Assembly (NCBI RefSeq): GCF_009834535.1
Contig: NC_045696.1
Location: forward strand, 48,796,001-48,860,000
Length of the DNA: 64,000 nucleotides
Direction: 5' to 3'
DNA from: Camelus ferus
Taxonomy: Eukaryota
The notes under the pieces are model-generated. The model was not told the origin of the DNA and did no database searches. It saw only the letters and a list, made by a program, of their open reading frames with translations. Shown here piece by piece: positions 24,781-37,790 of the stretch (positions are counted from its first letter, which is position 1; every line of letters begins with the position of its first letter). The position numbers were made by a program, and so were the translations under genes.

Positions 24781-27677
24781 ACCCCTTGCATTTGATGCTC
24801 CTTTCTACTGAGTAAACTGACTCCCTCCTTCACATTCCCATGTTGTTCTGTCCTTGTCAGCGCTGTGAGGACCTCGGCCACCAAGGTCAGCCTGTCAGGT
24901 GTTCTGAGTGCTGTGAATGGAGGAGGCTTTCTGATAAGAAAGCGAGCATCATTGTGGCACAGTTTGAATTTTCACTAAATAACGGATTTGTATCAATGCC
25001 AGTGAACATTTAATTTTTCATTCAGTCTTCATAGCCTTACATCGTAATTGACTTAACATGAGCAAAACCTTTTCAACTAGATTCTATCACACGATTTACT
25101 TACATTTGGTTGATGTGATTCTTAGCAATAACAGATAAAGAACTTTTTCTTTTTTAAAAATAGATGGCAGAACTTTGTCAGCTCCCGAATCCCCACTGGG
25201 GTTTAGATTTACCAAAAGCTCCACTCAAACTTTTTATCCTGTGACTCTCCCTTTATTCACAATAAACCTCCCTCGCACAGGTATCTGACAGCGCGCTTCC
25301 CCTCATTTCACATGTGGAAAATAGTTTTAGGTAACGAAGTAAAGCCAGTTAACTTTATTTAATCAACCAGTGTTGATTAAAAATATACATGAAAGATCTT
25401 TACAGGTTACAAAGTGCTGTATGAGTTTTAGCAGCTATTGAAATGGGGAAGGAAGTTACAGACTTAGATTGTGAAAGATTTTGTTGAGCTTGCACTTCTA
25501 TATTTTAGGCAATGGGGGGTTTAAAAAATTAAAATAACATAAAAGAGAGTCTCTAACTTTATAGAACTCATGCTCTCATTATGGAAGCAATATGTATATC
25601 CATAAAATCTGAAATTATAATACTAGGCAATTTATGCTTAAAGGTAGAATTACTTAGAGTAAGAACTTAAGGAATTGTGGGCTGGAATAAATGTTACTTG
25701 AACTGGGTTTTGAATAAGAAGAAGTATTTCCCCAGTGGAAGAAAGACCAGGAGCAAAAAGCAAGGAAGCAAAAGCAAGTCCCCCATACCTGCAGAGGCTG
25801 GGTCAAGGAGGCTGTGGAGAAGATGTGAAAAACCGTACATTCTTCTCACTGGACAGTCAGTCAAGCTCTAGATAACGGAAAGCCAATGAAAGCTGTACCT
25901 GATAGTCATATCTCAGCGACCTACGCTCCCTGTATACTCTGTCCCAGAACTGTACTTTCTGACCCTGTCATAAGCAAAATAACTTATCTAGTTTGATTCT
26001 GACACAAACTGAAAATGGACTGAAGATACTGACAGATAGAAATATATTTTAACACCAAATTAGAAATTAGGGACGGGGACCAATGACTGATCTCCCTGTC
26101 TCCACGCTCATTAAGTATTGCACACGCTCTCTGCAAGCAGGAGTGATGCTTACTGGTGAGACCTGGTCAGTGTTTACCCACTAATGCACCTGAAGAGCAC
26201 GCCCTGTGAATGGTTTGGATCATGTCTCATACTAGGCGAAGAACCATTTCCTGGTGTCTATCGAAATGAGCCAACAATAATCCCAACTGTTCTGCACAGT
26301 AAATGATGGAGAGAGGGTAGTTCTTCCAGGAACTCTTGAGTGCTCTCAGAGTTAATTAGTGTAGTAAGTTAGGACCAGGATTCCCATGATTGCAAATTGT
26401 ATTTACCTCAAAATATCAAACAATGCTCAATATCTTGGAACAATCAAGATATTTCTTGGAATTATAATTTTTTAATTTTCATTCAATCTAAAGGATATGT
26501 TATATGATTACAGAAAAGGGTAAAATTTTCTCTCTCTGTCTCAACAAAATATACTGAATGGAAATTATTTCCTATGGCACAGTAATAGAAAGTATATCAG
26601 AATCAGAAAATCCAGCTTAAAATTAAGTCTATGCAGTTATCCACAGCATCAAAGCAGTTACATTTTCAAAATAAATGAAAGTCTTTATTATCATTAACAT
26701 CATCATTGTCACTATCTTCAACCAGCTATTCATAATTTAATAAGCAGCACTCAATGATGGTGTTTTGATCTGAAGCATTTCCTAATATACATTTTTTAAA
26801 AATTCACCCCAGACAAGGATTATAAAACCATTCAGTGAATCACTTTAGTATATATCTTCATTAGGGGAATAAAAAGGAAAAAGACAAAAATAATATTTTT
26901 TAGAAGGGAAGCATTTACCTGACTGATTAGCTATTATATGGATCCAGATAACCCCTAGATTTCTTAAGGCTCAACTTTATGCCACTAGCTACATTTTCCC
27001 TCTGTCTATCTGATAGCCCCAAACTGTTGGGCAATTGACACTGTTCAAGGAACAAAATAAACATTTAATAAAATATTTTCAATCATTATTTAGAAAAACT
27101 TCAGCATGGCAAGAAAAAGTTATATTCCAGGTACTGCCTATATTCTAAACAGCACAATCTGAAACACCTTGATTCTCCAAAGACCACAACCTTTAAAGTG
27201 TGCCAAAACCACAGCCAGTCACACTTTTCTGAAAGCAATCACCTGCCCAGCGCAAGAGCCTAAGAAGTGGGGATGACTCCATAACTGATTGAGGGCCAAC
27301 ACCCTGGCTCACCTACTGCAATTGGTTTTAATGTACTTTTAAAATCATCATTTGCTCTAGGACACCTCAGAGACATGAAACCAGACAATAGTGACAACTG
27401 GAAGCCAATTCTTCACATTTCAAGGCACAGGTGAGAGAAAATTAAAGACAAAAATAATTCATGTGAAGAAAGCTTAGAAATCACTCCTTATGCAACATTT
27501 CCAAGTGAAAATGTAAGAAATAACTTTACATAGCATCATATTAATTGGAATTTGCAAACAATAATACAGTTTATCCTAAACATATCAATCTATATAAACC
27601 TCTGAGTAATTTGTTAATATATATGTATACCCACCCTATTGTTATTATATATTGTATCTATTTTTAGAATATATAGA

Positions 27678-30600
27678 TGTGGTATGCAGAATTTTAAGAT
27701 AGACCTCAAGCTTTCCACACCTTAGAGTACACACCCTGTATAATACTTTCCCAGTAAGTATAAGTACCATCTATGATTATAACAGATGTCACTTCTGTGA
27801 TTAAGTTGTATGAAAAAAATGAAGAGCTATAATTGAGGCCCCAAATCAGTTTGAATTAAACAAAAGGATGATTGTCTTAGGTAGGCCTGACCTAACTAAG
27901 TGTGCCCTTTAAAAAATTACTCAAGTCTTCTCTAAAAGGGAAAGTAAAACTGAGAGAAAGTCTCCTTCCAGCTTTGAAGAAACAAATTGCCATGCTTTGG
28001 ACAGGGCCACATGGCACGAGGCCTGTAGTCCCTGGAAATGCTGTCTGGCTAACAGCCAGTAAGAAAGCAGGGACCTCAGTCCTGCAACCACAAGGAATAG
28101 AACTCTACCAACCACTGCAGGCACACCTCATCGTATTGTGCTCCATAGTTACTGCACTTTTTTTTTGACAAATGTAAGGTTTCTTGCAACCCTGCATTAA
28201 GCAAGTCTATTGGTACCATTTTTCCAATAGCATTTGCCTACTTCATGTCTCTGTGTCACCTTCGGGTAATTCTTGCAATATGTCCAACTTTCTCATTATT
28301 ATTATTATACTTGTTATGGTGATTTATGATCAATAATCTTTGATATTACTATTGGAATTGTTTGGGGGCACCATGAACCACACCCATATAAGGTAACAAT
28401 AATCAATAAGTGTGTATGTTCTGACTGTCCCGCTGACTGGCCTTTCCCCCTTCTCTTTCCCTCCCCTCAGGCCTCCCTATCCCCAGAGACACAACAATAC
28501 TTCAGTTAAGTCAACTCATAACTCTACAATGACTTCCAACTGTTCAAGTAAAAGAAAGAGGCACAGGTCTCTCACTTTAAATCAAAAGCTAGAAATGATT
28601 AGGCTTACTGAGGGAGGCATTTGAAAGCTGAGACTGGCTGAAAGCTTAGCTTCTTCCACCAAACAGCCAAGTTGTGAATGCAAAGGAAAAGTTCTTGAAG
28701 GAAATTAAAAGTGCTACTCCAGTGAACACACAAATGATTAGAAAGAGAAACAGCCCTATTGCTGATGTAGGAAAAGTCTTTATATAGAGAAAGTTCATGT
28801 TCTGGAGAGAAGATCAAACCCGCCACAGCATCCCCTTATGCCGAAGCCTAATCCACAGCAAGGCCATAGCTCTCTTTAATTCTATGAAGGCTGACAGAGG
28901 TAAGGAAGTTGCAGAAGAAAAGTCTGAAGTTAGCAGAGGTTAGTTCATGAGAGTTAAGGAAAAAAGCCACCTCCATAACATCAAAGTTCAAGGTGAAGCA
29001 GCAAGTGCTGATGTAGAAGCTGCAACAAGTTATCCAGAAGATCTAGCGAAGATAATTCATGAAGGTGGCTCCACTACACAACAGATTTTCAATGTAGATG
29101 AAACAGCTTTCTGTTAGAAGGAGATGGCATCTAGGACTTCAATAGCTAGAAAGGAGAAGTCAACACTTAGCTTCAAAGCTTTGGAGGACAGACTGACTAG
29201 TTAGAGGCTAATTCAGCCGATGATTTTAAGTTGAAGTGAATGCTCACTTACTATTCCAGAAATCCTAGAGCCCTTAAGAACAATGCTAATTTGACTCTAT
29301 CTCTGCTCTATAATTGGAACAACAAAGCTTGGATGACAGCACATCTGTTTACAAGATGGTTTACTGAATATTTAAAGCCCATTATTGAGACCTGCTGCTC
29401 AGAAAAAAGATTCCTTTCAAAATATTACTGCTCGTTGGCAATGTACCTGGTCTTTCAAAAACTCTGATGGAGACATGCAACAGGATTCACATTGCTTCAT
29501 GCCTGCTGACACATCCATGCTGTAGCCCATGACTCAAGGATTAATTTTGACTTTCAAGACTTATTAAGAAGTACATTTCATGAGGCTATCATTGCCATAG
29601 ATAGTGATTCCTCTGATGGATCAGGGCAAAGTAAACTGAATACCTTCTGGAAAGAAGTCCCTATTTAGATGCCATTAAGAACATTCATGATTCATGGGAA
29701 GAGGTCAAAATAGCATCATTAACAGGAGTTTGGAAGCAGTTGATTCCAAGTCTCATGGGCAATTTTGAGAGGACCAAGACTCCCATGGAAGAAGTAACTG
29801 CAGATGTGGTGGAAATAGTAAGAGAACTAGAATTAGGAATGGAGCCTGAAGATGTGACTGAATTGTTGTAGTCTCATAATAAAACTTTAAAAGATGAGGA
29901 ATTGCTACTTATGGATGAGCAAGAAAGTGGTCTTGAGATGCAATCTACTCCTGGTAAAGATACTGTGAAGATTGTTAAAATAACAGCAAAGTACTTAGAA
30001 TATTCCAAATCTTATCTGATAAAGCAGTGGCATGATTAGAGAGGACTGATTTCAATTTTGAAAGAAATTCTACTGTGGGTAAAGTGTCTCAAACAGCACT
30101 ACATGCTATAGAGAAATCTTGCATGAAAGGAAATGTCAATTGATGCAGCAAACTTCATGGTCATCTTTTAAGAAATTGTCACAGCCACCCCAACTTTCAG
30201 CAACCACCACCCTGATCAGCAGGGAGGCAAGACCCTCCACAGCAAAAAGACTATGACTTGCTAAAGGCTTAGTTGATAATTAGCATTTTTAGCAATAAAC
30301 TATTTTAATTAAGGTATGCACATTCTTTTTTTTAGACACAATGATATTGCACACTTAATAGATTACAGTATAGTTTAAAACTAAGTTTTATGTGCACTGG
30401 AAAACTGACAAATTTGTGTGACTTGCTTAATTTTAATATCCACTTTACTGCCATGGTCTGGAACCAAACTCACAGCATCTCTGAAGTTTGCCTGTAGTGA
30501 TCTTGAAAGAAGACTAAGAAGATTAACAGGCAGCCATGGCTGACACCTTGATTTCAGACTTGTGAGTCTCTGAACAGAGAACCGTACTATGCCATGTCCA

Positions 30601-30696
30601 GACGTCTGACTGACAGAAATTGTGAGATCATACATGGGTTTATTTTAAGCCGTGGAGTTTGTGGTAATTTTTTATTCAGCTTAGAATTCTAATATA
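27678..30696 (+). mobile_element. MLT1E-like MaLR LTR split by Tigger1
   Basis: Starts tgtggtatgcagaattttaagat; gggacctcagtcctgcaaccacaaggaa before Tigger1, gctgacaccttgatttcag after it; flanks ataga / gtaga (4 of 5 TSD match). Confidence 0.88.
28118..30494 (+). mobile_element. Near full-length Tigger1 (pogo family) DNA transposon with dead transposase
   Basis: TIRs caggcacacctc / gaagtttgcctg followed by TA; MTSNCSSKRKRHRSLTLNQKLEMIRL and NPRALKN...[18 protein letters not shown] match Tigger1/TIGD1; many stops and frameshifts. Confidence 0.97.
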
Positions 30697-30789
30697 GTAG
30701 ATTTGTCTTGATTACTATTATTTTTGCCCTTTCCCTATCTACTTACCTACCCAAACTTTTTGCCCTTGTTCTAGAAATAAATCTCATTT

Positions 30790-31300
30790 GTAGCAAACTA
30801 GTCCTCCCAAACTCCAACCACATGGTTGACTTACAGGTTGTTAATCACAGTGTTGCTTCCCTCTGACTTCAGAGAAGGGCCTGTGACTATCCAAATCAGT
30901 TGTAGAACCCAATCATGGTGACCTGGCATGCCGAGTGCTCCAAACACAAGTGGCATAAACCAAGACAAGAGCGTCCCTCTATAGGATGGTTTATAGAGTG
31001 AGTAGCCAAAAGAGAAGGTTGTTTTTAGTCACTAAACTGGAATTCTGCCTGTGGCTCTGTTCCCTGACTCATGGACAAATTATCATGCAATAATTTCAGA
31101 CCAACAATTAAAGGAAAGCAGAGGGGGGAAGACGGCAAGAAAGAGAGCCCTGACAGCGATGAAGTCCCCAGTTCTAATCTTTGAAGCTGCCCTTGTCCCT
31201 ACCCCATTTTTTTCTCATTATTTATGCTCCCTTACGAGTTTTTGTTGGATTTTAGAAGCCAAAACAGTGTTGAGTTGGGTTTTGATAACCAAGAGTGCTG
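30790..31300 (+). mobile_element. Very old LTR (LTR16/LTR33/MLT1K-like) remnant
   Basis: gagagccctgacagc...ttgagttgggttttgataaccaagagtgctg resembles old ERVL/MaLR LTR 3' ends. Confidence 0.4.
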
Positions 31301-34300
31301 CTCATTACTCCTCACTTTCACACTCCAAAATTTCTAACATGACATCCACCATTTTTCCCTCTTGTCGAGAAACAGAAACTTAACCTAGAAAAGGTGAAAT
31401 CTTTGCTGTTTTTCCTGTGCTAAAGCTAATATATACTATTTTGTCTTCTTATAGGAGAGTAGAAATAACAGTCAATACTTCAAAAAAAAAAAAAAAAAAA
31501 AGAAAGGCAGAATTGGGACACAGATATGTGTTCATTGAGGCTTGTTTTCTTTTCACTCCCCACAAAGTCTTGTCAGAAAAGTAATTGCTCTTACTCTTTT
31601 TTGAGCAAGAATTTAAAATTTCTCAAATTGATGATGCCGTCACAGCCCAAAATGTAAATACGAGTCCCTGTAGGCTGCCTGCTGGGAACATAGGTCAGTA
31701 CAGGCCCAGGCTGACCAAGGTAAGGACTCAGTTTAGACAACTCCCAATGAAAAAAGTTATGAAATCATTTCAGGACTGTGCACCAAGTCCTTGTTATAAC
31801 TGAGAATTGTGTGACACTCTGGAGCTTGATACTTCTATGTTTAGCCAGCTCATCTGTAGGACATACTTATCAATAATCTTCACCCTCAATCCTCACTGGT
31901 AATAGGGCTGTGATCTTCAGTTTTGATTGTGTTAATAGGGTGCTGTAAAGTCCCAAGACCTTCTGAAACAGAAGTGTTCTTTATGTAAGAACTAAGGTAA
32001 ACGGAGCTAAGAGACCCTACCTTTAATTTTAGACCAGTTTCTACCTTTGATTTCCACCTCAGTGCTGTAATTACTATACTCCAGTATCTGCCCCCTACCC
32101 ACCACACTAAAATGTAAAAAGGAAATTCATGTTTTTCTCATGTGGACTTGGAAAGATGCATTATATAAATTAAGAAGTGTGAATGATTTCCCCTGTTAAG
32201 ATTAAAGTAAGGGAGTGAACAGTGATTTCTTCTGCCAGTCCTTCCTTCCTTATGTAAAGTGCACCTGAGAGTGTATCATCCTGAACTCAGTGCTGATCCC
32301 CACAGAAACCATCTCCAGCAGAGATTTTCCCTATTTAAGTGACAAAAGTGCTGATCAAAGTGGAGGGGAGATTTTTCTGACTAAATATAATAATCTAATC
32401 TACTAATTATCTGTTGAAGGAAAATTATTAACTGAGTGATGTGAGGGCAAGAAAAAGCATGAAACATGGTTTCTTCCCTCAAACCTACAATAATTGGGAG
32501 AAAGAAAATAGCCAGACAAAAACTTCTAAGGAAGAATAAAAGGTTGTCCATAACTAGCTTTGTGGAAGAGCTTAATACATACTAGGAAATAAATGCTAGC
32601 AAAATACCTTTTATAATTTTTAACTTCTCAAGGTGTCAGTGTCTTCATCAATAAGATGTAGACAATAACCTGACCGAAGAGAGGATTAAATGGGGTAAGA
32701 TGAAAAGTGCTGACTGATACACAATACTGATACACAGCAGATCCTCACTGTGTGGGACTGTTGCTTTTACTCTTGACTTTTTCTGGAGGCTATACTGTTG
32801 CCCCTGTCCTTAAAGGCCAACCAGTTAAATGTGAGAAATCTAAACCTATTCAAGTGACATGATTGCCAAGCAGAGTAAAAGATTATCAAACCAGGTAATC
32901 TATGTCGATATAAATAAGATATGAACTAAGGTGCTTAAATATAGTCAAAAGACACATCTGCTGAAAGAAAAAAGAATTTGTAAGTTGATCTGTATTTCAG
33001 GGTTTAAATAACAAGGACAAAAAACATCAATTAACTAATCAGAAGCAGGTTAATTAAAAAATGCTCTAAAAATCTCATGTTCAATGAATATTTGCTGTAA
33101 AAAAATAAAAGTGAGAAAAGAGATCTGTATGAATATGAATCCTAGGATTTTGAAGAGGTTACTTGGATTTCAGTCGAGGCAAATAGCAAACCAATAGCTG
33201 TAACCCCTCACCATTTAATCCCTGGGATTCTCCCAAAGAAACACAGGAACTAAGAAAAGAGAAGGCACTTGCTCTGCAAACAGGGCTTCAGAAGAATAAC
33301 CTGGTTTGTCTTCCAAACAGGCTGACAAACCTAAGACACTTCTGTCTAAAATTTCTAGGGCCATCACTGTATGACTGCAGGGCCTGCAGAGTGCAGGCAG
33401 AAGGAACAGTGCTTGACTCAGTAACTAAACAGAGATGGCCTTAGATTTGTGTACATAAAGAGACATGTGACAGAAGAAACTGGAAATGAAATGCGAGGTG
33501 ACAGTTCAAGTCTGATCATTATTTTAAGCTCAGTGAAGTAGAATTGAATAACAAGACTGGTATTTGTCATTTTAGAGATGTCTTTGGAGGATTTTGATAG
33601 ATTTGCAACAACGTGATTCTTACCAGCTGAACACGGATCTGAATTACAAATCAAAAGAACAGATCTACAGCACTGGTTTCCCTCTCATTATCCTTGTTAA
33701 ATGAGTTAGAAACCTTGATTGCAACTGCTGGAAAGATACATGAAGCAGTGTTACTAGCCATTATGTTTAGATGAAATAAGATTTCTGAAATATGAATCTG
33801 GTATTGTTACATCATATAATCACCAATTCAGGAGAATTGAACCTTACTTGTTTACTTATTTTTTACTGTAAGTTACCAAAAAGTAAAAATGAAAAGATAA
33901 GGAAGTGAGAAAAAAATTTTTAATAGCACAGATAATTCTGTTTATCAGCACATCTAGCAAGTACACACCTCACCTAGAATGAATGTGAGACCAAAGATGT
34001 GCATCTCCTGTTATTTTAGTTTTTTCATTTCCCTTATGGCTCTGTGTGTGATCACTTTATTGCTCTGAATGTGAATGAGATATGTAAGGATCAGTATATA
34101 TGTACACACACACATACATATATGTTTGCACGTGCACATCTGTATTTTGTTTTACTCCCCACAGCTTTTAAACATAAGTCCTCCACTTGTTCCTGCCAAA
34201 AAGGAACATCATTGTACACATTATATATTTATAGGTGCATAATACTGTACACTGTTGTATGTTTTAAAAAGCATCTAGTCTGTACTATACGGACATTTCA

Positions 34301-35689
34301 GAGGTTTTTTTCAAGTTTAATTGAGACTCTGTGCAGTTTTAGTTTTATGCATAGACAGCACTACCTAACCTCTACCAAGGCTGCCTCCGTGTTTATTAGT
34401 TTATGTGAGGAATACGCTTTCTGGGACACCGGAATACTGAAGGCAGAAATACAGCTCAGCACTGACCCTCCTTGTAGTGTCCCAATAATCTGGGGGGCGT
34501 GGGGGAGAAATAACCATAATTCAAATATCACTTTTAGGTAATATAATGTTTAGAAACAGTGAAAAGTGTAATCAGAAGCCTTCAGAGAATGCTCACATAG
34601 TTGTCAACATCAAATTAACACAGGAAGGGAAAAAGTAGCTTTTAAAAAGATCGATAGGTTAGAAAGAGGTAGATTTAAAAAAATGTAGTGGGACCTGCCT
34701 TAAAGAAACTTAAAATAGAGAAATAAGGAAAGTCAAGCAAGGAGTAGGGTAGCAAAACTGGTTGTGTGAAAAAATGGAAAGGAAAGGAGGAAGAACAACT
34801 CAGAGCCTCTGATCGGGGTCAGTGTGTCCCCAGATGAGAAACCATTCATGGAACTGTCTGTGAATGGAAATCGTGAACACAACTGCTCTGGGACCAGGAG
34901 GCTGCTTTTATACAGAGGACCTCAAGGGTTATTGGGAAGTGGAGGGAACCTGGACCCAAAACTTCTCTTTCTTTTTAGGTGGAGGCTAAATGAGATAATA
35001 GAAAGTGATGATAGGAGGTCTAAGGAAAGATAAAAAGATATGCTTACATAGCGGGGAACACTTTCAGTTCTAGAATGAACTAAAACCACAAGTCAACTAA
35101 AGAAATTGTGACTGTGGGCAAAGGGAATACGCTGCCCAGTATATATATTAGGGTAAAAGTAGGAATGTTAAATGTCTGATTCATGTATAAATCGAAACAA
35201 AACAAGAACTACAAAATGTGTACTTGCTAATCTCATTTATCCAATTTGTGGTCCAAGAGCCCCAGGTTGGTAAGATGGTTACGATAAAGATGGAAAGACA
35301 AGAAATGGGATCAAGCTAAAATCAGGTCTAGAAAGGGACCCGAAGACAGACCTTTGATGCCCACCCAACCCTGTGCCCTAGATAAGGTCAGAGCTTGTCT
35401 CTTCAAGAGATATCTCGGGCATCTTCTCGATTCTCTCTGAACTAGTTTCAGCTATTCTCTGCTGACTCCAAACTGGTAAGTGGCAACAATTGTATCCTCA
35501 TATAGAAGAGGTAGAAAGTCTTGTAGAATTAGTAGATTTTTTTTCTTAAAAAATATTTTTATTGAAATAACTGACAAATGCCAAAGAAGTTACTAATTTC
35601 CTTTTATCTGGTTAGAATATTTAGAATATTAACCTAATATACTGAAATCTCAAGTATTAGAATCAAACAAACACATATTTTAACCCCAG

Positions 35690-35890
35690 CTTTTTCACCT
35701 AGCAGATATGAGACGTTTGCAATTTCTGTGACGTCAGTGAGCTTCAGTTTCCTCAGCTTTTAATCAGGGATAAAAATAGTGAGCTTGAAGGTTTGTTGAG
35801 AGCATGAAATGAGATGATACATGTAAATACTTAGGACTCTGTCTGCCAAAAAATAAGTACTCAATAGAGGTAACTATTAATTATTACTTA
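35690..35890 (+). mobile_element. MIR SINE
   Basis: gagcttcagtttcctcag...gggataaaaatagt...aaatgagatgatacatgtaaa...aagtactcaata. Confidence 0.85.
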
Positions 35891-36892
35891 TACGTCTCCT
35901 GAAATATATATATTTTAAGCTTTGTTTCTAGATCCCATCTGAGGCTAATACAGGTCCTGGCAGAGACACAAACTTCCACATTCACAGTTTCAGTGACCAC
36001 GGAACTCATTAGACACTTGTATAATTACCATGGTATAGCACATTTACTTAGTAGAGCCTTAAATTCTAAAAATATTAAGTTAACATGAACAAAACAACAC
36101 TGATTTTTAACAACTTTACTGCAGTCACACACTTGAGCCCTATGTAAACATAAGTAAACATGTAAATGATGCTTCATTATCCTAAAGGGAAAAATAAGAA
36201 GTGATAAATTGAATTTTTTAAAACCTGTTTATTTTCAAATAACCAAAGATTCAAGCCACAATATTTAAATAACTAAGAAAATCAAATCATTCAATCATTA
36301 AGTATCACATTGGATACTGTTAGACAAAACCCAAGGACATATTTTCAACTCATAAATATTAATAAGCCAAGTTTGACTTCAAATTTTAACGTGATTGAAT
36401 CAGCCAGATGTTCTTCCATTTCTTTCTGTTATTTTGATTTCTGCACAGGTATTCATTCTACCATAAAAATGTCTTCAAAGATTGTGAAAATATCACCAGA
36501 AATCAAAAGATAAAAATAAATGGAATGTAGTATGTTTCCTGAATCTTTTATTGGCTTGTACCTACTATGGCTATATTAATAATCCCATCCAGATGTCAAC
36601 ATTTAATCTTGAGAAGGTATGTGAAACACTAGGTCAGATAAAGGACCAATTGAAGGATCAAATGATATTCAGTCTTCGTTTCTGTACTGCCCTTGTCTCT
36701 CCTCAGCAAGCATCGAAAATCTGCATCCCTTGGCTAAATATTGTACCTTCCACACACATCCACACACAGATGAAGGGAAAGAATGTCATAATAATATTTG
36801 TTAAAATGCAACATGACTTGAAAAACTATGCATTAAAAGATGTGGTAATTACCTATGAAGCATGTCTCCTGTGTCTCATTCCTCTTCATTTA

Positions 36893-37446
36893 TGTGCAGG
36901 GACTCAACCCTTCTAAGTTCTTGGCTGGGATCGTGTAACAAAAGACAGATTAACCAGAGAAAACCAAAAAGAAGTACAGTATCATGTATGTCTCATGTAC
37001 ACATGAGAGATACCCAGGGAAGTGAGTAACTCAAAGAGGTAGCCTAGAATTCAGGCTTACATATCACCTTCATCTAAATCAAAGAAAGATGGGTATAGAG
37101 GGGTGCCAGCTATAGGAAGGTGACCAGGAAATAAAGTATGGCACTCAGGAGTTAGAGATTTTATGCAGATTTAAATTGGTGCTTTCTGCTTTGATAAGAC
37201 ACCCTTGTGATTTAGAATCATCCTCTTCCTGGTACAGAGAGGGAGATACTCTTCCAAGTGGGTATCTTTACAAACAGGAGCTCTTCTTGTGAAAAGATAA
37301 CTTGCAGTTTGCAGAGCTTCTCCTGTGTCTGCCATTTCTCAAAATAATTGGCTCAAAATAATCCTCAGGCCAAAGAGATATATTTTGAGTGGTGTGCTGT
37401 AGTCTCCTACGTCATAGTTTGGGGTGGTATAGTCTGGTCTCCTACA
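36893..37446 (-). mobile_element. MER34-like ERV1 solo LTR
   Basis: Reverse complement begins TGTAGGAGACCAGAC...CCACCCCAAA with the duplicated start unit; taacaaaagacagattaac and gagcttctcctgtgtctgc...ctcaaaataatcct. Confidence 0.85.
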
Positions 37447-37569
37447 GTATCATGAGATGAGAATCAAAACATGACAGATGGAAAAAACCAGTGACCATAA
37501 GAAAAAGTATTGCTCAAGGAGTGGGATAAGGATCAAAAACAAATGGTTACAGCAGAAATCAGTGCACAT

Positions 37570-37790
37570 TACAATACTTGATATATATTTATAGAATACA
37601 TATTTCATTTAATCCCACAAGTAACCCAGTAAAATATGTATTTTTATTCCTCTTTAATAAATAGGAAAACTGATGTTGAAATGGATTGGGTAAATTGTCC
37701 CACAGCAAAAAAAAGAGTAGCAACTTGGGATGAAAACCAACATCAATTAGGAAACAAAGCACACACTTTTGCCATTGTACTATACTTGCC
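37570..37790 (-). mobile_element. MIR SINE
   Basis: tttcatttaatcccacaagtaacccagtaa...ggaaaactgatg...taaattgtcccaca. Confidence 0.65.

Noticed and set aside
26429..26453. 9-bp inverted repeat aatatcttg / caagatatt
   Set aside because: Isolated and AT-rich, within chance expectation
28412..29467. TIGD1-like gene
   Set aside because: Fragments of a dead Tigger1 transposase with stops and frameshifts, still bounded by TIRs
31483..31501. Poly-A run as a retrocopy tail
   Set aside because: No recognisable upstream retroposed body or TSD
34044..34541. 165-aa ORF
   Set aside because: GTG start, runs through CA/TA simple repeats, composition typical of non-coding AT-rich DNA
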